From Deltaproteobacteria bacterium (GTDB taxonomy: Bacteria > Myxococcota_A > UBA9160 > SMWR01): a DNA stretch of 64,000 nucleotides. A program made the position numbers and the translations under genes. The notes beneath the pieces are model-generated. The model was given only the letters and a program-made list of their open reading frames with translations. It was not told the origin of the DNA and searched no databases. This document shows, piece by piece, positions 27,924 through 37,743 of this stretch (positions within the stretch are counted from its first letter, which is position 1; every line of letters starts with the position of its first letter). The stretch covers positions 96,001-160,000 of the forward strand of contig JAQBHB010000040.1 in the NCBI GenBank assembly GCA_032128115.1, read 5' to 3'.

Positions 27924-29605
27924 GGGACGGGACCTCCTCGCAGCAGGTGGCCAGGAAGTGCCGCGTCCGGATCGACCCGGTCGCGGCCTTCCTCGCGGAT
28001 GGGAACGCCGTTGACGACCACGGCGCGGATTCCGGTGGCATCGGAAACGAGGCGATCGGCGCCAGCCGGGAAGTCGCTCACCCGTCGCAGGGGCGAACAG
28101 CCCACCGTGTCCGGGTCGAAGATCGTTACGTCCGCGGCGAGGCCCGGGGCCAGGCGGCCGCGATCGTGGATGCCGAACACCCGGGCCGAGCGCTCGGTCA
28201 GCAGGTGCACGGCCCGCTCCAACTCGAGCACACCGGTCTCGCGCACCCAGTGCTCTAGCAGGTGGGTGGAGAAGCAGGCATCGCAGAGTTGGCTGGCGTG
28301 GGCTCCGGCGTCCGAAAGGCCAAGCATCACGCTTTCGTGCCGCAGCAGCTCCGCCACCTGGGTGTCGTCGTTGTTCGCCACGGCCACCCGGAAGCGCGCC
28401 TCCAGGTTCGAGTTCAGGGCCAGGTCGAGCACCAGGTCCACCGGGTGCACGCCGCGCAGTGCCGCCACCTCGGCCACATTGCGCTCGTTCAGGGTCGGGT
28501 CTTCGGCGCACTCGGCGATCACCGTGTCCCGCCAGCGCCCGGCGATCCCTCCGCGATCGCCACGTTCGCGGAACGCGGCGCGAAACTCCGGATCCGCGTA
28601 GAGGCGCTTGCGACCCTCGAAGTCCGCGGCCGAGACCGGCTTGAAGATCGACAGGCTCTCGTAGGGGAAGGGGGACTTGAACTGGAATTCTACGTTCAGC
28701 GGCCGGCACGAGACCTGGGGAATCACGTCTACGCCCTGACTCTGGAGCTTGTGGTTGTCTTCCAGGGCCCGTCGGTGCCAGTCGGGACCGCCCATGCCGG
28801 CCAGCAGCGCCGTCCAGCTCACCGGCCGTCCGGTGGCGCGCTGGATCGCTTCGAACTCCGGCAGGAACAGGCCGCGTCCGACGGTCGCCTGCATCACGCC
28901 AAAGCCCGCTTCGCCCAGGCAGCCGGCCAGAGTCTCGATTTCGGCCAGCGAGGCCAGTCGGCTGGGCACCGGGTGCCCGGCGAATCCCATGTGGGTGGGC
29001 GCCCTGGAGGTGGCGAACCCCACGGCGCCGGCCTGTAATGCCTCGCGCACGATCTGTCTCATCTGCGCGATCTCATCTTCACGGGCTTCGCGCTCGGCCG
29101 CCTCCTCTCCCATCACGCTCAGGCGGACGGGGGTGTGACCGATCAATGCGCCTACATTGATGGCGCTTCCGCGCTCCTCGATGGCGTCCAGATATTCCGG
29201 GAAGGTCTCGAAGGGCCAGTCGTCGCCGACACCCGATGCGAGAGCATCGAACGACATGCCCTCGACGCTCTCCAGGGTGCGCAGGATCAGCTCGCGATGT
29301 TGGGGGCGGGTGGGCGCGATGCCGAAACCGCAGTTGCCCATCACCACCGACGTGACCCCATGCCAGGGCGAGATCGTCAGCATGCGGTCCCACAGGATCT
29401 GGGCGTCGTAGTGGGTGTGGATATCGACGAAGCCCGGGGATACGACGCACCCGCCTGCGTCCAGGGTTTCGTCGGCGTCGCCGCCGATCCGCCCCAGGGC
29501 GGCGATGCGGCCCTCGCGGATGCCCACGTCTCCCTCGAATGCGGGCGCACCGGTGCCATCCACGAGACGGCCCCCTCGAATCAGGAGATCGAAGTGATCG
29601 GACAT
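27920..29605 (-). CDS. N-acyl-D-amino-acid deacylase-like amidohydrolase
   Basis: VDGTGAP, PGFVDIHTHYD, GNCG, SDAGAH, ADVTIFDP. Confidence 0.9.
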   Translation of the reverse strand: MSDHFDLLIRGGRLVDGTGAPAFEGDVGIREGRIAALGRIGGDADETLDAGGCVVSPGFVDIHTHYDAQILWDRMLTISPWHGVTSVVMGNCGFGIAPTRPQHRELILRTLESVEGMSFDALASGVGDDWPFETFPEYLDAIEERGSAINVGALIGHTPVRLSVMGEEAAEREAREDEIAQMRQIVREALQAGAVGFATSRAPTHMGFAGHPVPSRLASLAEIETLAGCLGEAGFGVMQATVGRGLFLPEFEAIQRATGRPVSWTALLAGMGGPDWHRRALEDNHKLQSQGVDVIPQVSCRPLNVEFQFKSPFPYESLSIFKPVSAADFEGRKRLYADPEFRAAFRERGDRGGIAGRWRDTVIAECAEDPTLNERNVAEVAALRGVHPVDLVLDLALNSNLEARFRVAVANNDDTQVAELLRHESVMLGLSDAGAHASQLCDACFSTHLLEHWVRETGVLELERAVHLLTERSARVFGIHDRGRLAPGLAADVTIFDPDTVGCSPLRRVSDFPAGADRLVSDATGIRAVVVNGVPIREEGRDRVDPDAALPGHLLRGGPVP

Positions 29606-29720
29606 GGGCGGCTCCCGAGGTGGCCTGGATCGGCCCGCGGATCCCGATCATACACGGGCGCTCTGCGCGAGGGGGCTAGTTTGCGCCCAGGCGTCGGTCG
29701 CGGCCTATACTCGAAACCCC

Positions 29721-30416
29721 ATGAAGTGCATATCGCTCTCCTTTGCGCTGTTGCTATTGCTGCTGGGAACGTCCTCGGCTGCGCCCGATGGCGCCCGACC
29801 CCAGTCCCGCTTCGAGAAGACGCAGGTGCTCGCCGAGGCCGGGGACCGCGACGCCCAGTGGGAACTTGCGGAGATGTACAAGTTCGGAGTGGTGGTCGCC
29901 GCCGACGACAAGCTGGCCGTCGAGTGGACGCGCAAGGCCGCGCGCCAGGGGCAGATGGACGCCCAGGTGGAGATGGGTCTGCGCTTCGAAGCCGGAGCGG
30001 GGATGGAGGCCAGTGCCACGCGTGCCGCCAACTGGTTCCGCAAGGCGGGAGAGCAGGGCCACCTGGAGGCTCAGCTCAAGCTCGGTCGATACTACGTGGA
30101 TGGCAAGGGGGTGAAGCGCAGCGACAGGATCGCCATGGAGTGGTTTCGCCGCGCGGCCGAGCAGGGCGACCTCCGCTCCCAGAGACTCCTGGCCGCTGCC
30201 TACTTCGAGGGACGCGGCCTTCCGCGCGACATCATGGAGTCGCGCATGTGGCTCGAGATCAGCGGTGCCGCCGATCGGCCCAACGGGCGCAAGCTTCGCG
30301 AACAACTGAACGAACGCATGAGCGAAGATCAGGTGGCCCGGGCGCGGGCCCGAGCCGAGGAGTGGAGGGCCGCCCACGGCGAACCGCAGAAGGAAGAGCT
30401 TCAGTCGTCCAGGTAA
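29721..30416 (+). CDS. Secreted Sel1-like repeat protein
   Basis: Signal peptide; four AQxxLGxxYxxGxGVxxxxxxAxxWFRKAAEQG-type repeats. Confidence 0.9.
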   Translation: MKCISLSFALLLLLLGTSSAAPDGARPQSRFEKTQVLAEAGDRDAQWELAEMYKFGVVVAADDKLAVEWTRKAARQGQMDAQVEMGLRFEAGAGMEASATRAANWFRKAGEQGHLEAQLKLGRYYVDGKGVKRSDRIAMEWFRRAAEQGDLRSQRLLAAAYFEGRGLPRDIMESRMWLEISGAADRPNGRKLREQLNERMSEDQVARARARAEEWRAAHGEPQKEELQSSR

Positions 30417-31780
30417 CCCAGGGCCTCCAGGGCCTCGCGAACTTCCGGGTCGGGATCCACGGGGCGATCGGCGACGTGTTCCGAACGCTTCTCGGCGGCG
30501 TCGACGATCGTCGATAGCGCGGCGGGCATGCCTTCGCCCTTCTCCGGCTTCGTCTCCTGGGGATCCAGGGCCAGGTCGACGCGCAGTCCGTCGCGTCCCG
30601 CCGCCCCGATCCATTTCAGCGAGCCGTCGCGTACGTAGTAGAGCGTGCGCTTGCCCTTGTTGGGCGCCCGCGTGCCCACCACCAGGCTGCGGGGTGACGT
30701 ATCCGTCTTGCCCTGCAGCCACGGCAGCAGGCTGTCGCCGTCTCCGGGGGCGCCGTCTTCGGCTCCCACCAGGGCGAGCATCGTGGGCTTGAGATCCTCC
30801 AGCTGGGCCGGACCGACCAGTCGGCGGCCCGCGGGGATGCCCGGCGCCCGCACGATGAGGGGCACCCGGAGCAGCTCCTCGTACAGGTTCAGTCCGTGCT
30901 CCATCACCCCGTGGTCTCCGAGACCCTCGCCGTGGTCGGCGGTGAGCACGACGGCGGTGCGCTCGTCCAGGCCGAGCATCTTCACGCGCTCGAGCAGGTC
31001 TCCCACCTGGGCGTCGGTGTACGCCACTTCGCCTCGATAGGCCCGGATGAGCTCCCGCAGATGCCTGCGGTCGCGGACGTTCTGATCCTTCGGGACGCGC
31101 TTGCCCTCGAGTGTCACGTTGTCGTGCGGTGACACCGCGTAGCCCACCGGCGGCTGGTACGGCCAGTGCGGGTCGAAGTAGTGCACCCACAGGAAGAACG
31201 GCTGATCGAAGTTCGCGGTCAACCAGTGCTTGGCGGCCTTGGTGGTCGCCTCGCCCCGGACCCAGAACTCCTTGCGATTCTTGCCGCGCCAGACATACGA
31301 CTCCGACGGTTCGAACACGTAGGTGTCGAATCCCTGGTGGAAGCCGAACCGCCGATGGAGGATGTAGCTGGAGACGAACGCCGCCGTCTTCATCCCGTTC
31401 GCCTTCATGGCGTCGGCGGTCGTGTGGATGCGCGGGTCGAGGAGGACGGCGTTGTACTCGGCGCGGTGGTTCCAGACGTACAGGCCCGTGAGGAGCGAAG
31501 CATGGGCGGGCCCCGTACTGGGCGTGGGCGTATAGGCGCTTTCCACCAGCGCGCCCTGGGACGCGAGCCGGTCGATCGCCGGCGTCGCCACGGGGCCGCC
31601 GTAGGCGCCCACGTGGTCGGCCCGCAGGGTGTCGATGGTGATGAGCAGCAGCGAGTCGATGCCCGTCTTTGCCGCCATCGTGCGGGCCGGAGCCTGCGCG
31701 TCCGGCGCCGGAGCGGCCGCCAGCAGGGCGCAAGCGAGGGCGCCGAGCAGGATGGCGATGGGGCGCACGGATCTCGTCAC
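30401..31780 (-). CDS. Secreted sulfatase-like hydrolase/transferase (alkaline phosphatase superfamily)
   Basis: LLITIDTLRADH, STGPAHASLLTG, HYFDPH, TADHGE, EHG, C-terminal LEALGY. Confidence 0.88.
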   Translation of the reverse strand: MTRSVRPIAILLGALACALLAAAPAPDAQAPARTMAAKTGIDSLLLITIDTLRADHVGAYGGPVATPAIDRLASQGALVESAYTPTPSTGPAHASLLTGLYVWNHRAEYNAVLLDPRIHTTADAMKANGMKTAAFVSSYILHRRFGFHQGFDTYVFEPSESYVWRGKNRKEFWVRGEATTKAAKHWLTANFDQPFFLWVHYFDPHWPYQPPVGYAVSPHDNVTLEGKRVPKDQNVRDRRHLRELIRAYRGEVAYTDAQVGDLLERVKMLGLDERTAVVLTADHGEGLGDHGVMEHGLNLYEELLRVPLIVRAPGIPAGRRLVGPAQLEDLKPTMLALVGAEDGAPGDGDSLLPWLQGKTDTSPRSLVVGTRAPNKGKRTLYYVRDGSLKWIGAAGRDGLRVDLALDPQETKPEKGEGMPAALSTIVDAAEKRSEHVADRPVDPDPEVREALEALGYLDD

Positions 31781-31796
31781 GAGCGATGCAGTCTAA

Positions 31797-31872
31797 CCGA
31801 GACGCCGTCGCTTCGGAGCGCGCCCGGCTGCCGCCCGAGACGCCGTCGCTTCGGAGCGCGCCCGGCTGCCGC
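31797..31872. repeat. Perfect 38-bp intergenic tandem duplication
   Basis: ccgagacgccgtcgcttcggagcgcgcccggctgccgc x2. Confidence 0.95.
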
Positions 31873-31880
31873 CGTCCGGT

Positions 31881-32984
31881 TCACGGTTGGGCGGGTCCGC
31901 CGCCGCCCGGAAGCGCGGACCAGCTCGGCGGAATCTCGATCTGCTTCCAGTCGACCCAACCGCTGGCCATGGCCGCCGCGGCTCCCCCGGCACACAGGGC
32001 CAGGGCCGCCAGCCAGCGAAGCGCCGCGCGCCGACGCGGCCGGCGACGCGCGGATCGGGGGACCCGGACGGTGTGGTTCTCGGGTGCCTGGAAGATGTTG
32101 CGCTCCCACAAGCCGGCCGCGATCTCACGGCGACACTCGACGGGGCAGGGCGAACCCAGGGCCCGCTCCAGGGTCCGTCGCAGGGCCTGGGCCGAGGGCA
32201 TGCGCTTCTTCGGCGCGCCGCGCAGGCACGAGCGGATCGCGCGTGCCAGATACCGCGGAGTCCCCGGCACCAGCTTGCGAAGCGCGGGATAGCGCCCGGC
32301 TTCGATGCGCCGCACCAGCGATGGCGACCCCTTCGAATCGTCGTTCAGGAACGGTGTGCGGCCGGCCAGCATCTGGTAGAGCACCACGCCAAGCGAATAG
32401 AGGTCGCTGCGGGTGTCGGCGCGCTCGCCTAGGAGTTGCTCCGCGGACATGTAGAGAGGCGTCCCCACGGCGTGGCCCGCCTGGGTCAGTGCGCTGTCCC
32501 TCGGGTCCAGGGCGATGCCGAAGTCCGCGATCTTCACCTCGCCTCCGCTCCCCAACAGGATGTTCGAGGGTTTCATGTCGCGGTGGACGATGCCTCGCTC
32601 GTGGATCTCCTCCAGGCCGCGGGTCACCTCCAGTGCGATCAGCGCCGCAAGCCGCGGCTCCAGGCGCTGCAGGGTCTGGAGGACGCTGGCCAGATCCGTT
32701 CCGGCCACGTATTCCTGGGCGATGTAGGTGTCGCCGCGCCAGCTGAAGCAATCGTAGACCGCGACCACATTCTGGTGATGGATCGAGGCGGCCGCCTGGG
32801 CCTCGCGCTGAAAGCGCTCCTCGTGGGCTTCGTTGTCGGCCAGGTCGCGGCGCAGGGTCTTGAGCACCACCTGGCGTTCCAGACCCGCCTGCTCGGCCCG
32901 GACCACGACGCCCATCCCGCCCTGGCCGAGTTCACACTCGACCTGGTAGTTCCCGACCTTCTTCCTGCCGCTCGACGCGCTCAT
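31881..32984 (-). CDS. Hanks-type Ser/Thr protein kinase with a C-terminal TM anchor
   Basis: LGQGGMGVV, VVLK, HRDMKPSN, DFG, GTPLYMSAE, DLYSLG. Confidence 0.93.
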   Translation of the reverse strand: MSASSGRKKVGNYQVECELGQGGMGVVVRAEQAGLERQVVLKTLRRDLADNEAHEERFQREAQAAASIHHQNVVAVYDCFSWRGDTYIAQEYVAGTDLASVLQTLQRLEPRLAALIALEVTRGLEEIHERGIVHRDMKPSNILLGSGGEVKIADFGIALDPRDSALTQAGHAVGTPLYMSAEQLLGERADTRSDLYSLGVVLYQMLAGRTPFLNDDSKGSPSLVRRIEAGRYPALRKLVPGTPRYLARAIRSCLRGAPKKRMPSAQALRRTLERALGSPCPVECRREIAAGLWERNIFQAPENHTVRVPRSARRRPRRRAALRWLAALALCAGGAAAAMASGWVDWKQIEIPPSWSALPGGGGPAQP

Positions 32985-33017
32985 GGAAGGGCGCCCTCGC
33001 CATCCTTTCGGTGCACG

Positions 33018-33422
33018 CTAGTCGTCAGGGAGCATGTAGGCCCGGGGCTCGTGGGGCCGTGCCTCGATGAGGATCTGGAACGTGTGCTCCCCCAGCTGGA
33101 CCCGGTCGCCGCTCTTGAGGTCGGCCGACTTCACCTGGGCGCCGTTGACGAGCACGCCGTTCATGCTGCCCAGGTCGCGGACCCGAAAGCCCTCGCCGCC
33201 GAATTCGATGGCCGCATGCTGTCGCGACATGGAGTCGTCTTCGACGGTCAGGTCCGAGTGGGGACCGCGACCGATGGTGGTGGTGCGGCGAGAGAGCTCG
33301 AACTCGCTGCCGGCGCCACCGCCGGACACGATCACGAGCATGGCCTTCCAGCGCTCCAGAAAGCGCGACAAGGCATCCGATGTATCGGGTGCGTCCAGAC
33401 GTCGCGTGAATCCGTCGCGCAT
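33018..33422 (-). CDS. FHA domain protein
   Basis: GGAGGAG RBS; IGR, SRQHA, DLGSMNG, GDRVQLG. Confidence 0.92.
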   Translation of the reverse strand: MRDGFTRRLDAPDTSDALSRFLERWKAMLVIVSGGGAGSEFELSRRTTTIGRGPHSDLTVEDDSMSRQHAAIEFGGEGFRVRDLGSMNGVLVNGAQVKSADLKSGDRVQLGEHTFQILIEARPHEPRAYMLPDD

Positions 33423-33523
33423 GGGCTCCTCCTCCACGAGTCAAAGGGTGTTAGCGGCCGGCGGCGCGTAATCTTGATCGGGTTGTGGCCATCAGCGGCA
33501 CGCAAGCGAGCGGCAATTGCGGC

Positions 33524-33539
33524 TGCAAGCCACCTGCCA
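33524..33539 (-). promoter_or_regulatory. Candidate sigma54 promoter for the FHA-kinase genes
   Basis: TGGCAG-GTGGC-TTGCA about 100 nt upstream of the FHA start. Confidence 0.5.
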
Positions 33540-33556
33540 GTCGCGACTGTTCGGGT

Positions 33557-34900
33557 CTACACCGTCACGGCGCCATGGGCGGGCCCGCGGAACCGGATCC
33601 AGGCCACCAGTCCCACGGCCACGAAGGCGAGGCCCAGACACAGCCCCCACCAGATCCCCGGCAGTCCCCAGCCGGCGCGCAGGCCCAGCGCGTAGCCAAT
33701 GGGGAGGGCCAGCACCCAGTAGGCCACGAACGTGAAGACCGCCGCCGGCCGCGTGCGCCCCATGCCGCGAAGAACGCCGCAACCCACCACCTGGACGCCA
33801 TCGAAGAGCTGGAAGACACCGGCGATGGGCAGGATGCTGGCACACAGGGCCACCACCGCCGGGTCCCCGGTGTAGAGACGGGGCAACAGGTTGCGAAGGG
33901 TCAAGAAGGCGATGGCCGAGATCAGCATTACGCCGCCTCCGAGCCGCATGGCCACCCCGGCCGAGCGTTGGGCGGCGATGGGATCCCGCGCGCCCAACAG
34001 GTTGCCTACCCGGGTCACGACGGCTTGGGAGATTCCCAGCGGCAGCATGAACGCAAGCGCCGCCATGTTGAGGGCAATCGTGTGAGCCGCCAACGGCTCG
34101 GCGCCCAGTCGGCCCGCCAGCAGGGCGGCGCCCGAGAAGGCCCAGACCTCGAACGACATCTGCAGGGCGATCGGCGCGCCGAGCGCCAGTACGTGTGCGA
34201 GGGCGCGGGGCTCGAAGGCGGCGCGGCTCCAGGGCACCCAGGCGTCCCGGTGCAGGCCGAAGGCGCGTACCCACATCACGAGCCCCGCGAACATGACGAC
34301 CCGGGTGAGGCCGCTGGCCAACCCCGCCCCCACCAGACCCAGGGCCGGCGCTCCCAGGTTCCCGAAGATCAGCGCGTAGTTCGCCACCACGTTGAATCCG
34401 TTGGCCAGCAGGATCACCCAGAGGGCGGGGCGCACGATCTCGCGGCCCTGCAGGTACTGGCGCAGGGCCAGGAAGGCCAGGAAGAACGGAACGCTTGCGA
34501 TCTGGACGTCGGTGTAGCGGGCGGCGGCCCGGGAGAGCCCTGGATCCTGGCCCAGCGCCAGCAGGAACCACTCCGCGCCGGCCAGCAGGGCGCACACCGG
34601 GACGCTGGCGAGAACGGCCAGTACGAGGCCCCGCTGCAGGGTCAGGGCCATTCGCTCGCCCTGGCCGGCGCCGTGGGCGAAGCTGATGATCGGGTCGATG
34701 CCGTGGATCAGGCCCTGGCCCACGAGCAGGGCGCCGAAGACCCAGGCGTTGGCGATGGCGGCGGCGGCCAGGGCCTCGACGCTCACCCGGGCCACCATCA
34801 GGGTGTCCACCGTCCCCAGCAGCATGAAGCCCACCTGGGCGCCCGCGACCGGAGCGGCGAGGACTGCCAGCTTGCGGACTTCGCGACGCACGGCGGACAC
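33557..34900 (-). CDS. MATE family efflux transporter (NorM-like); start approximate
   Basis: LAAP, VDTLMV, LGAPIALQ..FE, QLFDGVQVV..GVLRG; about 12 TMs. Confidence 0.9.
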   Translation of the reverse strand: MSAVRREVRKLAVLAAPVAGAQVGFMLLGTVDTLMVARVSVEALAAAAIANAWVFGALLVGQGLIHGIDPIISFAHGAGQGERMALTLQRGLVLAVLASVPVCALLAGAEWFLLALGQDPGLSRAAARYTDVQIASVPFFLAFLALRQYLQGREIVRPALWVILLANGFNVVANYALIFGNLGAPALGLVGAGLASGLTRVVMFAGLVMWVRAFGLHRDAWVPWSRAAFEPRALAHVLALGAPIALQMSFEVWAFSGAALLAGRLGAEPLAAHTIALNMAALAFMLPLGISQAVVTRVGNLLGARDPIAAQRSAGVAMRLGGGVMLISAIAFLTLRNLLPRLYTGDPAVVALCASILPIAGVFQLFDGVQVVGCGVLRGMGRTRPAAVFTFVAYWVLALPIGYALGLRAGWGLPGIWWGLCLGLAFVAVGLVAWIRFRGPAHGAVTV

Positions 34901-35040
34901 GCGGGGCCTCGCTTCACGATTGCGTTCGGGGAGCGGCGTAACGTAGAGGATCCGCAGGGTTTGTCGAAGGCGACGCAGGGCCACCGGGACGACAGCTGCG
35001 CTATAGACCGCGTGGGTCGCGAGGCGGAGAGTGCGGCCCG

Positions 35041-36126
35041 ATGGGGATTCCGATTCGCCAGAGCCGATTCCAGAGCGGGGCGCAGAAGCTGATGCTGCTG
35101 CTCGCCTCCACGTTGCTCGCGCTCGGGGTCGCCGAGGCCGCGTTCCGGATGTTCGATGTGCGGGGCTACCACGAGCCTCGGAAGGAACTCGCCATGCAGC
35201 AGGCACTGCTCCCGGAGGCGGATCGGGTGCCCGGGGTGTCGGTGCAGTACCGGCCCTATGCGGAATTCAGCCACGTGTACGACAGCAATCCCCGCGGGAC
35301 CTTCGACGACGACAATGCGATCGCCTACCGGCTGAATCGTTACGGATTTCGCAGCCCCGACGTGGAACACGCCAAGCCCCGGGGCGTAAAGCGGGTGATC
35401 CTGCTTGGCGACTCGTTCACTTTCGGTCAGGGGGTGTGGCTCGAGGACACGCTGAGCTACCGGCTCGAAGGCCTGCTCAACACGGACGTGCCGGCCGACA
35501 CCCAGGTGCTGAACTTCGCGGTGGGGGGGTGGGGGTCCCGGGACGAGGTCCTGTATCTCGAGAACGAGGGGATGGCATTCGAGCCCGACCTGGTGATCGT
35601 CGTGTACGTGCTCAACGACGCGCGCTATGCGGGCGGCCTGGATCTCTGGCGCGAGTTCCGCGCGCAGTATCAGAAGCGCGGACTCAAGTGGTCGTATCTC
35701 GCCAGTTATTTCTACGCGGCCGTGGGGCGGCGAACCCTGGCCCGGCGGTACGTCGACGATCTGGTGCAGGAGTCCGAGCAGCAGAGGGAGGAGTGGCGGC
35801 GAAGCTTCGCCGACGTGAACCGCGGACGTGGAATCGCTGCCGCCGGGGGCGCGCGCTTCGCGGTGGCGATCTTCCCGTTCCTGTACGACCTGGACGAGAC
35901 CTATCCCTTCCGCTCGCTCCACCAGAAGCTGGTGGACTACTGCCGTTGGAACAACATCCCCGTCCTGGACCTTTTCGCTGCCTTTCAGGGCCACGAATAC
36001 GCCGAACTGTGGGTCCACCCGAGTGATCAGCACCCGAACGAAGAGGGCCATCGCATCGCTGCGGACGCGCTGGCCGACTTCATTGCGCGGGAAGGCCTCT
36101 TGAAGGACCTTTCCCCCCGCTCATAG
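35041..36126 (+). CDS. Membrane-anchored SGNH/GDSL hydrolase
   Basis: NRYGFR, LGDSFTFGQG, NFAVGG, LND, DQHPN. Confidence 0.87.
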   Translation: MGIPIRQSRFQSGAQKLMLLLASTLLALGVAEAAFRMFDVRGYHEPRKELAMQQALLPEADRVPGVSVQYRPYAEFSHVYDSNPRGTFDDDNAIAYRLNRYGFRSPDVEHAKPRGVKRVILLGDSFTFGQGVWLEDTLSYRLEGLLNTDVPADTQVLNFAVGGWGSRDEVLYLENEGMAFEPDLVIVVYVLNDARYAGGLDLWREFRAQYQKRGLKWSYLASYFYAAVGRRTLARRYVDDLVQESEQQREEWRRSFADVNRGRGIAAAGGARFAVAIFPFLYDLDETYPFRSLHQKLVDYCRWNNIPVLDLFAAFQGHEYAELWVHPSDQHPNEEGHRIAADALADFIAREGLLKDLSPRS

Positions 36127-36135
36127 GAGAATGCG

Positions 36136-36576
36136 ATGACCATCAGAACCAGCCTCGTCACCAGCGCCACCCTGCTGTTCCTGGCCCTTCCGGCGAATGG
36201 CACCGAGTCCGACCTGTCCGTGCCGTCGGGGGGGCGCGTCGAACGCGCCTCCTTCACCACCGCCATGATCGAACGCGAGCCCCAGGACTCGGTGACGTCG
36301 CTCGCCAACGACGATGTGCAGCTGCACTACTTCACCGAGATCCGGGATGCCGAGGGCGATACCGTGATCCACCGCTGGGAGTGGAACGGGGACGTGATGG
36401 CCGAGGTGACATTCGAAGTCGGCGGGCCCCGTTGGCGCGTCTACTCCACCAAGAGCCTGGATCCCAGCTGGCTCGGCGAGTGGACCGTCACCACCGTCGA
36501 CTCGTCGGGCCGCGTTCTGCAGTCGGACACCTTCGTGTACGAAGAAATTCCGAGCGCCGCGAACAGCCAACCCTGA
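36136..36576 (+). CDS. Secreted DUF2914-like protein
   Basis: Signal peptide; REP, YFTEI, HRW, RWRVYSTK, GEWTV. Confidence 0.8.
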   Translation: MTIRTSLVTSATLLFLALPANGTESDLSVPSGGRVERASFTTAMIEREPQDSVTSLANDDVQLHYFTEIRDAEGDTVIHRWEWNGDVMAEVTFEVGGPRWRVYSTKSLDPSWLGEWTVTTVDSSGRVLQSDTFVYEEIPSAANSQP

Positions 36577-36602
36577 CGGAGCCCGACTCTCGATCCCGGC
36601 TG

Positions 36603-37724
36603 TTATGAGCCCACGCGCAGGCCGCGGCCCATGCGTTTGCGGCCCTGGTTGATCTCGCGGAGTCTGGCGATGCCTTCCTCGGCGACGTCGCTGCCCGCCA
36701 CCTGATCGTCCTCGCCGGCGAGCTCGTCCATGTCGACCCAGGTGGCGTACAGCGGGCGGGTGCGCTCGGTGATGATCCCGGCCTTCAGGAGCGTCTTGAT
36801 CAGGACCCGGAAGATGTTGGTGCTCTCGCGCATGTTGTCGCGGCGGGCCTCGTCGCCGAAGGACTCCATCACGGCGCTGCGCACCCATTGCCAGTCGAGG
36901 CCGAACTCGGCGTAGATCTGCTGCTTCTGCTCGGCGTTCACCAGGTTGAAGAGCAGGGTCTGGAAGCACTGGGCAGCCCAGGCCTCCACCTTCTCGTGCT
37001 CCTCCTCGCTGAGCTTGGGCACGGTCTTGTCTGCCCAGATCTTTCCGAACTTGTGGTGGAAGGCCTCGTCGGTCATCACGAACTGTATCAGGCGCCGCAG
37101 CAGTGGATCGCCGGTGCGGGCGTGGATGGTGGCGAAGGCGCCCATGGCGAGACCCTCGATCAGCATCTGCATGCCCACGAGCTTCTTGTAGACCTCGGGC
37201 GCGAGCACCACCTCCTGCATCAGGTTCGCGACGGTGGGGCCTGCCTTCAGGGGCGTGCCCCAGCGGGTGTGGATGTAGCGGGCGAAGCCGGTGACGTGGC
37301 GCGCCTCTTCGCGAGCCTGGTTGGCGGCGTACTCCTGGGCGCCCGGATCGCGCAGGATGTGGCAGAGGCTGGCCGACAGGGACAGGGCGCCCTGCTCGCC
37401 ATGGAGAATGCTCGACAGGAAGAAGCGGGCGTTCTGGTTGGCCATGCGGATCTTCTGGCGCTCGTCGAGCTTGTCTGCCACCGCGCAGTTGAGCTCCACC
37501 ACCATCTCGGGGGGCAGGATCGTCTTCTCCTCGAGATCGAACGCCTGCCCCTCGAAGTCGATGTAGCGCGGGTCCATGGGGTCCCAGAAGTGGTCCACGG
37601 TCGCGGAGATGATGCCGTCGAAGGCGTCGGCGCGGTCGGCGTAACGCTCCACATCGATCTGCGCCATGAAGTCGTCGCGATCGAGGGTGTTGTAGGCCGG
37701 ATCGTGGGTGATGTGCTGCGCCAT
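36603..37724 (-). CDS. Ferritin-like diiron-carboxylate protein (AurF/oxygenase-like)
   Basis: HGEQGA, EEARH, IEGLA, DEAFHH give the E/ExxH/E/ExxH ligand set. Confidence 0.85.
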   Translation of the reverse strand: MAQHITHDPAYNTLDRDDFMAQIDVERYADRADAFDGIISATVDHFWDPMDPRYIDFEGQAFDLEEKTILPPEMVVELNCAVADKLDERQKIRMANQNARFFLSSILHGEQGALSLSASLCHILRDPGAQEYAANQAREEARHVTGFARYIHTRWGTPLKAGPTVANLMQEVVLAPEVYKKLVGMQMLIEGLAMGAFATIHARTGDPLLRRLIQFVMTDEAFHHKFGKIWADKTVPKLSEEEHEKVEAWAAQCFQTLLFNLVNAEQKQQIYAEFGLDWQWVRSAVMESFGDEARRDNMRESTNIFRVLIKTLLKAGIITERTRPLYATWVDMDELAGEDDQVAGSDVAEEGIARLREINQGRKRMGRGLRVGS

Positions 37725-37743
37725 GGACTTCGTTCTCCTCGAG

